Shown: piece after piece, positions 1 to 7,567 of the stretch
Position numbering within the stretch: position 1 is the first letter of the stretch
Layout: each line of letters opens with the position of its first letter
IMG/VR virus record: IMGVR_UViG_3300031788_000021
Span: 1 to 55,782 of that record
DNA length: 55,782 bases
Direction: 5' to 3' (one strand)
From: a virus
Taxonomy: Duplodnaviria; Caudoviricetes
Notes under the pieces: generated by a model
What the model was told of the DNA's origin: nothing
What the model saw: the letters and a program-made list of their open reading frames with translations, nothing else
Database searches by the model: none
Program-made: the position numbers and the translations under genes

Positions 1-167
1 GACCCCAGTCTCCTGGAGGTGTGGGGAGACAATGCATGATTGGGCCAATGACGGGAACAGAGGAAATCCATATGTGGTCAGAGGGGATAGTTGCCTTGGA
101 CAAGTCCGCTCCGAGAAGCGTGTGGGGGCCGGAGCGTTCCAGACGGGGCCGGGATCGCGCGCGGGGC

Positions 168-196
168 TTGACAGGATAATGATCCTGAGCTATATT
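168..196 (+). promoter_or_regulatory. sigma70-type promoter
   Basis: TTGACA (168-173), 17-bp spacer, TATATT (191-196), in an AT-rich patch of otherwise GC-rich DNA. Confidence 0.75.
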
Positions 197-285
197 TTAA
201 TCATGTACATATTGGGACCGCGCTCGCGCACGGTCCCAGTGGTCAGCCCCTGACCAGCGGCATCGGCAGGGGCTCGCTCTTTGAA

Positions 286-326
286 GGTGGTGGTGATGGT
301 GGTGATGGTGATGGTGATGGTGATGA
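286..326. repeat. GGT/GAT trinucleotide-type microsatellite
   Basis: ggtggtggtgatggtggtgatggtgatggtgatggtgatga. Confidence 0.9.
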
Positions 327-640
327 TCACCAGCGATCGGGGGAAGGTGCCCGCGCGGCCAGGATCGGCGCGGAGCCACCGCCCTCGGCCCCGGCGAATG
401 CTCAGCTGATGGTGTAGGAGCTGATGCTGATGCTGATGCTGATGCTGACGCTGATGCTGATGCTGACGCTGATGCTGACGCTGACGCTGACGCTGACGCT
501 GACGCTGACGCTGACGCTGATGCCCGCAGAGGTAGAGCAGTAGCAGGGCATAGGCAGCGCAGACTCCATGAGACTGCGCAGGGGGCCAGGGAGGAGACGC
601 AGGCGCCAGAGCGACTCCTCCCCCGATCGGTGGTGATCAT
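323..640. repeat. 22-bp long-range inverted repeat (arms 323-344 and 619-640)
   Basis: ATGATCACCAGCGATCGGGGGA versus TCCCCCGATCGGTGGTGATCAT; 21 of 22 positions complementary. Confidence 0.85.
420..521. repeat. (GCTGAY)17 hexamer tandem repeat
   Basis: 17 consecutive GCTGAT/GCTGAC units. Confidence 0.95.
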
Positions 641-951
641 GATGGTGATCACGACCACGGCAGCTACTGGGTGCTCCCCGGCCCCTGGCCGGTGGCAGGC
701 CCAGGATGCTTCCAGGGGCGGGGGTTGATCCCCAGGGATTGGCTCTAGCCCCAAACTTTTGGGATAGTTGGTCCGGTGATGGTGGCAGGTGTAGAGGGCG
801 GGTTTGGGATGGGAGAACGGCAGAGCCCACGGCTTGGGCTCTGTGAAAAGTAGGCGGTCTGATGGCCTGAGCCTGAAGGGCTTCAGGGTCTGTCCGTGCG
901 GGCCCGGTGGGTTCGATGGCACGGTGGGTGTGATGGCGCGGGGGCGGTGAA

Positions 952-2130
952 ATGATCAATTTAAGCGACTTTGGCGAAGTCCCGGAAGACCCTGACTCGC
1001 TGGAAATCTCAGAGCCCACGGCGAGGGCTCTGCCAGACAGCGCGCCAGTGGCTGATCCTGGTTCGGTAGAGTCCAAGGACCAGCAAAATAGTGGTTATAA
1101 TCGAGATGATGGGTCTCATGGCCCTGGCGGGGTATGTGGCGAGCCGCCGGTCGATCCCTTCGTTTCCCTGACACCTTCTGACACTCATCCCCTCCCGCCC
1201 CTGCCGCTGTCCCCGGACCAGCCGACCCCACCCGGAACTCCCGAACCGCTGGCATCCCCTGAATCCTCGATCCCTAAGCCCGATGACACCAAAAAAAGCG
1301 ATAAAACCCACTTAACACAGAGCCCACGTCAAGGGCTCTGCTCGGACTCGGCACCGCTACCGCCAAAAAAGAATGGCCTGGTCAGCCCTTTTAAGCCTCA
1401 GACCCCGGAGCAGATAGCGGCGTTCGTCAGGCTCTGGCACGACCCCACTCTCACCAACCCCGAGATCGCGAAGCGCTACCACGTTGCGCGCAAGTCCATC
1501 ACGACATGGTCCAAGGAGTTCGGGCTCATGGACAGGATCGAGGCCATCCGGACAAAGGCCGGTCTAGCCGGGGCCTTGGGAGAGGTCGCGGACGTGAGCA
1601 GGGCCATGCTCAGGGCCCAGGGCAACCCCCCGCAGGCCTCGGCGGTCACTGGTACGTTGATGCCCCCTGGCTTCGACAAGCGCTGGGACCCGATGCAAGA
1701 CCAGGACATCGCCTTAGGCTTCACCGAGGTCATGGAAGAAGCCAAGAAGATGACAGCGCACTCCGCGATCAGGCCGCTGAGGCGCAAGGTCCTGCGCCTG
1801 GCACTGGTAATAGCGATGAAGTCACCGGCCTACACCTACCAGACGGCGGGTGTGACCCTTGAGACCATGGCCTCCGCCCTCCTCGCGGTCGAGCGCGTCG
1901 AGGGCGACCTCCCCCAGGGCGGCGCCGACCCCATGACGCTGCGGAGGGAGGCCGGGACCCAGCTCATGAACGAGCTGAAGTCCGTCCTCAACCACGAGGA
2001 TCAGCAGACCCTGGCCAGGCTCATTACCGTTGGCGCGGCCAAGCTCATGGAGCAGAGGCGGGCGAAGGACAAGCCCGGCGAGCAGGCGGCGCCGGGGCAG
2101 GCTCCGGAGAACCCGGGGGAGGCCGCGTGA
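952..2130 (+). CDS. HTH-containing protein; candidate small terminase subunit
   Basis: Pro-rich disordered N-terminus, HTH-like LTNPEIAKRYHVARKSITTWSKEFG, helical C-terminus. The TerS role is only inferred from architecture and context. Confidence 0.55.
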   Translation: MINLSDFGEVPEDPDSLEISEPTARALPDSAPVADPGSVESKDQQNSGYNRDDGSHGPGGVCGEPPVDPFVSLTPSDTHPLPPLPLSPDQPTPPGTPEPLASPESSIPKPDDTKKSDKTHLTQSPRQGLCSDSAPLPPKKNGLVSPFKPQTPEQIAAFVRLWHDPTLTNPEIAKRYHVARKSITTWSKEFGLMDRIEAIRTKAGLAGALGEVADVSRAMLRAQGNPPQASAVTGTLMPPGFDKRWDPMQDQDIALGFTEVMEEAKKMTAHSAIRPLRRKVLRLALVIAMKSPAYTYQTAGVTLETMASALLAVERVEGDLPQGGADPMTLRREAGTQLMNELKSVLNHEDQQTLARLITVGAAKLMEQRRAKDKPGEQAAPGQAPENPGEAA

Positions 2131-2543
2131 TCCGACTGGCTTCCTCGGCGCTTATGGCCCTGCTCGCGGTCGCGGGACTGGTGGTGCTGGCTGAGGTCGC
2201 GGGCCCGGCGGGATCGGCGGGGGTGGTAGGCGTCGGGGGTTCTGAGGGCCCGGGACCGGCTGGGAACTGGGCGAGAAAGGTAGGGCCCCCCCTCCCCCAG
2301 GCGGACACTATGGGGCCACAGAAATTGGAATTTTTTTCAACCCATTCCCTCCAGGGATCGCGGACAACTCCCAGGACAATATTGGCCTCCGCTATCGGCG
2401 CCTCTGTTAAATTTTCCAGAAAATTTCTGCACAATTCCAGGGCCTGGTTCTGGACAAGTCTAGGGACAACTCACGCCGCCCCCTCGCCCCTGAACCCACC
2501 GGCCCCTCGACCATCGACCCCTCTCTTCCCGGAGGATCAGTGA
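2127..2543 (+). CDS. hypothetical protein (doubtful)
   Basis: GTGA overlaps at both ends, but codon usage is atypical and the ORF spans C-runs and A/T tracts. Confidence 0.3.
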   Translation: MIRLASSALMALLAVAGLVVLAEVAGPAGSAGVVGVGGSEGPGPAGNWARKVGPPLPQADTMGPQKLEFFSTHSLQGSRTTPRTILASAIGASVKFSRKFLHNSRAWFWTSLGTTHAAPSPLNPPAPRPSTPLFPEDQ

Positions 2544-2935
2544 CCGCGACCTTCCCCGTCACCATCCTCGTCACGGACCTGCCATCCATCCCCACCGGCA
2601 TCGTGATCCCACATACTGAGGGACTTTGGGCCGTGAAGCCCGTAAGAGCCACGCCCGAGGCCGTGGCCTTCATCGAGTCCTACGAGTCCGGCCTCTTCCC
2701 AGGAGCAGCCTCCCCGATAGTGAGGGAGGTCGACGCCCGAGTGATCCTGACCGGAGTCGAGCGCCTGCCCCGACCAGCGCCGGAGATTTTGTTCGCTGAC
2801 GCTGACGCTGACGCTGACGCTGACGCTGACGCTGACGCTGACGCTGACGCCGACGACTTCGTCGGATACGAGTACTTGGGATACGATCCATACTTTGAGT
2901 GGTCGCGGAACCAGATCGCGGGGAAGCTAGGATGA
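2540..2935 (+). CDS. hypothetical protein with (AD)10 tract
   Basis: GGAGG RBS before GTG; ATGA coupling to the next gene. Confidence 0.65.
   Translation: MTATFPVTILVTDLPSIPTGIVIPHTEGLWAVKPVRATPEAVAFIESYESGLFPGAASPIVREVDARVILTGVERLPRPAPEILFADADADADADADADADADADDFVGYEYLGYDPYFEWSRNQIAGKLG
2795..2854 (+). repeat. (GCTGAC)9+GCCGAC in-frame repeat
   Basis: encodes the ADADAD tract; same unit as 420-521. Confidence 0.95.
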
Positions 2936-3378
2936 GACCGGTGGATCAGCGGATAGTGGAGCGCGGTCGCGGCGACTGCCTCAGGGCTTGCCTGGCCTCG
3001 ATCCTGGAGCTGACCCCGGATCAGGTCCCGAATTTTTCCGACTTCGCGAGGTATGCCGAGGACGAGAGCTGGGCGAAGCCGATGTGGAACTTCCTCAGGG
3101 AGAGGGGCTTGGAGTTCTACTCGGTGTACCCGCCGCTGAAGCCCCACGGCTACTGCATCGCCGTGGGCAAGAGCCCGAACATCGTAGGCTGCACCCACGC
3201 TGTGGTCTGGCGCTACGACCGCCTGGTCCACGACCCGAATCCGAGCAGGAAGGGCCTGGCCGGAGAGCCCACTAATTTTCTGGTGCTGAGCAAGATCAGA
3301 GAGGAGCAAGAAGACGCACAGGGCCGCGCTGACGCGCCGCCGAACAATGTAACCACAAAGGAGAACCACCGATGCTGA
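2932..3378 (+). CDS. papain-like (C39-type) peptidase-fold protein
   Basis: GDCLRACLASIL (Cys) ... HAVV (His) ... HDPNP (Asp) motif order; ATG at 2932 overlaps the upstream stop. Confidence 0.65.
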   Translation: MRPVDQRIVERGRGDCLRACLASILELTPDQVPNFSDFARYAEDESWAKPMWNFLRERGLEFYSVYPPLKPHGYCIAVGKSPNIVGCTHAVVWRYDRLVHDPNPSRKGLAGEPTNFLVLSKIREEQEDAQGRADAPPNNVTTKENHRC

Positions 3379-4940
3379 TCAAGAATACCCTGAACGCGAC
3401 CGTCACGATCTCGGACCTGCTCCCGAGCCCCCTGGGTCCTGGCCTGATCATGGGACCCCGTTCCGAAATCATGATCTTCGACGCGGCGGCCAAGTCCTCC
3501 CGCGAACTCCAGCAGCTGCTCGCCTCCGGCGTCGTCGAGTGCATCGGTCGCCAGGAGCCTGCGGCGGCGGCTGGGGTCACCGTCAGCGGCTGCGCTTGCC
3601 CCGGTCAGGTCCTGACCGCGACCTCGAAATTATCGGCGACGTGGCAGGACCCGGACATGGCCCTGCCCCAGCGCGTGTGCCAGAGCTTCGGCGACGGCTC
3701 CGACGGCTCCATCCTGATCTCGACCGTGCCCGTGATCTTGTCCCGGGACATGTACTACGAGAACCTGTCCATAAGCGGGACCGGGTCCCTGGTCACCAAC
3801 GGCTACCGCGTCTTCGTCTCCGGGACCCTGGACCTGACCTCGGCTCCGGCGCGGGCGATCGTGGGCGGCTCCGCTCCGGGGATGGCCGCGCTCGGTAATG
3901 TCGGCGGACTCGTGCAGAGCCCAGCGATGCCGAACACCATCGGCACCAACACCCCGGGGTCGGAGGGGGCCAACGGCACAGTGGGGGCGGGGGCCGTCGG
4001 TTTTCCCGGCTCCGAGACCTCCCCCGGCAACGGCGGGGCCTCGGGAGCGTCGGGGGCTGGCGGGCTCGGCGCCTCCGGTGTCGGCGGCGCGGGGTCGCCT
4101 TCGGTGGCACCGGCGCTGGTCCTGCCGATCCGGCGCTGGTCCACGGACATGCTCCGGGGCACGCAGCTGATCCAGGGTGGGTGCTCGGGAGCTGGCGGCG
4201 GCTCCGGGGCCGGTGACGGTACCAATGCGGGAGGCGGCGGTGGCGGCGGCGCCACGGGCGGGACCGTGCTCGCTATATATGCGCGGACCATCCGCTACAG
4301 CCGGATGACGGCGGCGTCCGCCATCTGCGGAGACGGCGGGGCCGGGGGCGCGGGCGGGAGCGTCGTCGCCGGGAACTGCGGGGGCGGCGGCGGTGGCGCG
4401 GGCGCGGGCGGGGGCTGGGTCTACGTCGCCTACGAGCGCCTGTGCGGTGAGACGGCGCGGGCCGCGATCAGCGCCAACGGCGGAGTCGGAGGGGTCGGCG
4501 GCTCCGGATTCGGGACTGGTCTGGGCGGGGCCGGTGGCAGCGGCGGCTACGGTGGCAGGATCACGCTGTTGCAGGTCACGACCTCCGTAGGCGAAGAAGT
4601 CGACAAGACCGCAGTGGCGGGCGCCCCCGGGATCATCCCCGCGACCGGCGTCGGAGGCGCGGGAGGGCTGGGGACACTCGCTGTCGCCGACCTCTCCGAG
4701 TGCGGTAACCACGATCGGTTCCGTCACCACGAAGATTACGATCACGATGACCGCGATCACCACCACGACTACGACCGCGACCGCGACAGGCGCGGCGACG
4801 ACGGTAGAGGCGGTGACGACCGGGACGGAGACGGTCGCGGCGGTGATGGGGACAGTGACCGTGGCCGTGGCCGTGGCCGTGGCCGTGGCCGTGGCCGCGA
4901 CGGTGATTGCGACCGGGGCCGGGACGGTCGCCTGTACTAG
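3372..4940 (+). CDS. glycine-rich virion fibre/decoration-like protein with charged low-complexity tail
   Basis: FGDGSDG, GGGGGG..G runs and ISANGG typical of phage Gly-rich domains; N-terminus similar to 6989 and 51878; H/D/R-rich C-terminus. Confidence 0.75.
   Translation: MLIKNTLNATVTISDLLPSPLGPGLIMGPRSEIMIFDAAAKSSRELQQLLASGVVECIGRQEPAAAAGVTVSGCACPGQVLTATSKLSATWQDPDMALPQRVCQSFGDGSDGSILISTVPVILSRDMYYENLSISGTGSLVTNGYRVFVSGTLDLTSAPARAIVGGSAPGMAALGNVGGLVQSPAMPNTIGTNTPGSEGANGTVGAGAVGFPGSETSPGNGGASGASGAGGLGASGVGGAGSPSVAPALVLPIRRWSTDMLRGTQLIQGGCSGAGGGSGAGDGTNAGGGGGGGATGGTVLAIYARTIRYSRMTAASAICGDGGAGGAGGSVVAGNCGGGGGGAGAGGGWVYVAYERLCGETARAAISANGGVGGVGGSGFGTGLGGAGGSGGYGGRITLLQVTTSVGEEVDKTAVAGAPGIIPATGVGGAGGLGTLAVADLSECGNHDRFRHHEDYDHDDRDHHHDYDRDRDRRGDDGRGGDDRDGDGRGGDGDSDRGRGRGRGRGRGRDGDCDRGRDGRLY
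4859..4894 (+). repeat. (CCGTGG)6 encoding (RG)6
   Basis: direct hexamer repeat. Confidence 0.9.
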
Positions 4941-4943
4941 GGG

Positions 4944-5150
4944 GTGGCCAGAGTGACTACTAAGGATTCCGAGGTCCTCTTCGTCGGAGACGGTCCGCTG
5001 GCCCAGGTCAAGCGCCTGTGGAACAAGCTGGAGCTGGTGGACCGGCGTCTGTTCATCGACCACGCCCTCAGGCCTCACCTCACCAAGGCCTTCTCCGAGT
5101 CTGGTGGGAACCTTGAGGCGGCGATGGAGTCGTTGGCGGTAAGGGGTTAG
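4944..5150 (+). CDS. hypothetical protein
   Basis: tightly packed ORF with GC3-rich codons. Confidence 0.65.
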   Translation: MARVTTKDSEVLFVGDGPLAQVKRLWNKLELVDRRLFIDHALRPHLTKAFSESGGNLEAAMESLAVRG

Positions 5151-5161
5151 GGAGGAATAAC

Positions 5162-5359
5162 ATGGCTAAGGTCTTGATCTCGTTCGACACCAAGAAGAGC
5201 GCGGCGGAGTCGGTGGTGACCGTGGACGGAGTAATGCAGTCATACGTCAAGAAGCTGTACCTGTCCCTGAACTCGTCCTCGAACAAGCCCCCGCACCTGA
5301 AGCTGACCAGGCTCAGCATCGAGGGCGGGGTCGCGAAGAGGATCGAGGAGACGGTCTGA
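5162..5359 (+). CDS. hypothetical protein
   Basis: GGAGGA RBS before ATG. Confidence 0.75.
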   Translation: MAKVLISFDTKKSAAESVVTVDGVMQSYVKKLYLSLNSSSNKPPHLKLTRLSIEGGVAKRIEETV

Positions 5360-5361
5360 CC

Positions 5362-5535
5362 ATGTGCTTGGTCTGCGCCGAGGGCGTGGCCGTCGTGATC
5401 GCGACCGTCCCGTGGTGGAAAAAAATCTGGCGGCGCGCCAAAGGGCTCCGGGAGAGCGGGGTCTCGGCGCCCCGGTACGTGGTCCCGGGGCTGGTCGTCA
5501 GGGAGGTTGGGCATGTGCAACGTCTGCGTCGCTGA
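5362..5535 (+). CDS. small hypothetical protein (57 aa, MCLVCAEGVAVVIATVPWWKKIWRR...)
   Basis: translated by hand; fills the gap; below the ORF-track cutoff. Confidence 0.5.
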   Translation: MCLVCAEGVAVVIATVPWWKKIWRRAKGLRESGVSAPRYVVPGLVVREVGHVQRLRR

Positions 5536-5983
5536 GTCAGCGCTGAAGGCGGAGGGGTTCTCCAGGGAGGATATCGGCTACGAGGTCAGGGCCCAGGGCG
5601 CGACCGAGTTCGGGATCGCCAAGTACCAGATACGCGGGATCGGCCACCCCTGGCCCAGGGGCTGGGTCGCGACCTGCGACCTCGCTGGCTCCCTGGGGAC
5701 GCTGGGCTTCGACCTGAGGTTCAGCGACATCAACCACCGGAGGTTCCGCCTCATCGCCGAGATCGCCCGGGGCCTAGAGCGCGGGGACCTTCACTGCACG
5801 TATCCGTCATTGGCCTACGTGCACTCTCGGGTGATCTGGCCGTCGGCGCTGATCACGAAGTTGGGTCAGATAGCGCGCTGGGTCAAGAGCCTGGGAGTAA
5901 GCGCCGCTTGCGACCGCGAGTACCCGGTTGCCGAGGCCAGGGTCAGGTCCGAGGCCAGGGCCAAGGGCGCGAGGATCGCATGA
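5513..5983 (+). CDS. hypothetical protein (N-terminal CxxC)
   Basis: GGGAGG RBS before ATG 5513. Confidence 0.65.
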   Translation: MCNVCVAESALKAEGFSREDIGYEVRAQGATEFGIAKYQIRGIGHPWPRGWVATCDLAGSLGTLGFDLRFSDINHRRFRLIAEIARGLERGDLHCTYPSLAYVHSRVIWPSALITKLGQIARWVKSLGVSAACDREYPVAEARVRSEARAKGARIA

Positions 5984-6150
5984 GCAGTCATAGCCCCAAG
6001 CCCGTGGAATTCGAGAAGCTGTTCATATCGGATGCGGACTCGGCGAGGGCTCTTGGCGGGACGAAGTTCGAGCGCGAGGTCTTCGCCCCGCTCCAGGCCC
6101 TGGCTCGGACTCTGGCCCGCATCGATAGAGGGCAGGAGGTTCCGCAGTGA
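5980..6150 (+). CDS. hypothetical protein
   Basis: ATGA/GTGA translational coupling on both sides. Confidence 0.6.
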   Translation: MSSHSPKPVEFEKLFISDADSARALGGTKFEREVFAPLQALARTLARIDRGQEVPQ

Positions 6151-6647
6151 GAACCCTGATAGCCGCCGCGATCTTGGTCGCAGCCGTCGCCGTTTCCGCC
6201 GCCGCTCCTCCGGTGATGCCCGACCTCAAGAAGACGCCGGGTATGATCGACCAGAAGTTGACGGCGGCCATGCTCTGCAACCCCCGCTTCCGCACGGGGG
6301 CGATCCGCAACGTCACGCTCGCGATGAAGAGGCAGGTCTTCGCCGAGTACGGGATCACGAGGGACTTCGGCTCCTACGAGATCGATCACCTGATCTCGCT
6401 TGAGATCGGTGGAGCCAACGACGTCAGGAATCTTTGGCCGCAGCCGTACTGCCCCCTGGACGGATCGGGTGGAAAAACCTGCTTCGGCGCGCGCGAGAAG
6501 GACCACGCCGAGAACTGGCTGCACCGCCAGGTCTGCTCCGGGAGCTTGACTCTATCCCAGGCCCAGGCTATGATCGTTAAGGATTGGTTCGCGGTCTACC
6601 GACAGTGGGCCAAGACCCAGATTACAGAGGCGGGGTCCAAGAGATGA
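6147..6647 (+). CDS. HNH-like (beta-beta-alpha-Me) nuclease-family protein with N-terminal signal peptide
   Basis: YEIDHLISLEIGGANDVRNLWPQP ... KDHAENWLHRQVC; hydrophobic leader MRTLIAAAILVAAVAVSA. Confidence 0.8.
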   Translation: MRTLIAAAILVAAVAVSAAAPPVMPDLKKTPGMIDQKLTAAMLCNPRFRTGAIRNVTLAMKRQVFAEYGITRDFGSYEIDHLISLEIGGANDVRNLWPQPYCPLDGSGGKTCFGAREKDHAENWLHRQVCSGSLTLSQAQAMIVKDWFAVYRQWAKTQITEAGSKR

Positions 6648-6976
6648 TCGTCTTCGTCAAGGCCGAGTACTGGAACTCGATGCTGCCGGGGCAGTGGGCC
6701 ATGGCCCCGGACGCGGTCTTCGACCCCAATCAGGGGTTGCTGCGTCGGGAGATGATCAGGTGCCCGAAGTGCGGGGGCCGCTCTCACCTCAGCTACCAGC
6801 ACACGATCTACAGTGACGGTCACGTCATGGCCTCCGTCGTTTGCCCGAGGACGAAATGCGGGGACGGGAAGTCCCGCTGCGACTTCCACGATTTCATCAC
6901 CCTCAGTGGGTGGACACCAGAACCCCGGACCCGGGGGCAGGGCGCGAGCGCGCCGCGAACTCAGCCGGAACCATAG
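6644..6976 (+). CDS. Zn-ribbon protein
   Basis: CPKCG ... H ... VVCP ... CDFH; ATGA coupling. Confidence 0.65.
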   Translation: MIVFVKAEYWNSMLPGQWAMAPDAVFDPNQGLLRREMIRCPKCGGRSHLSYQHTIYSDGHVMASVVCPRTKCGDGKSRCDFHDFITLSGWTPEPRTRGQGASAPRTQPEP

Positions 6977-6988
6977 GAGACAAGGAAA

Positions 6989-7558
6989 ATGATCATCAAG
7001 AACGTATCGACGGGGGTCGTCACCATCGGAGACATCGCGGGACCGCAGTCGGGAGAAGGCCTGGAGATTCAGCCCGGGGCCTCGGTCACGGTCTTCAACG
7101 AGCAGGCACACGAGAGCCTGCAACTCGGCGAGTTCCTCACTAGCGGGCAGTTGCTCAACATGGGCTGGGCCGAGCCCTCAGCCGGGACCCCGGTCGACTT
7201 CGGGGCGGCGCCGATCGCGGCTAAGGCTGACGCCCTGGCCGTGTCCGCCAACATCGGTCCGGTTTCCCTGATCGCGTCCGTGCCCGCCGCCGGGCTCTAC
7301 CGGATCAACGCCTACGTGGTCTGCACCGTGACCGGCACCGGTGACACGGTCCCGAACTTCATCGTCAACTACGTCGACGAGACTGGCTCGAACGCCGCGT
7401 ACCTCAACGCGCCGTCGGCCCCGAACGCGACGCTGCTGGGAGCGACCGTGACCTGCGCCTACCTCGCGGCGGGCTCGGCGGTGACCTACAGCGTGGGCGG
7501 GGGCTCGTTCGCCAACGGCAGCAAATACGACATCCACCTCGCGATCGAGGCCATCTAG
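6989..7558 (+). CDS. putative virion protein
   Basis: AAGGA RBS; N-terminal domain shared with 3372 and 51878; beta-rich C-terminus. Confidence 0.75.
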   Translation: MIIKNVSTGVVTIGDIAGPQSGEGLEIQPGASVTVFNEQAHESLQLGEFLTSGQLLNMGWAEPSAGTPVDFGAAPIAAKADALAVSANIGPVSLIASVPAAGLYRINAYVVCTVTGTGDTVPNFIVNYVDETGSNAAYLNAPSAPNATLLGATVTCAYLAAGSAVTYSVGGGSFANGSKYDIHLAIEAI

Positions 7559-7567
7559 GGATCGATC

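Noticed and set aside
420-521. Possible CRISPR array
   Set aside because: These are contiguous 6-bp units without spacers, and no cas genes were recognised.
197-1076. Minus-strand ORFs with poly-His and poly-SA/SV tracts
   Set aside because: They are translations of microsatellites, with no RBS or domain-like sequence.
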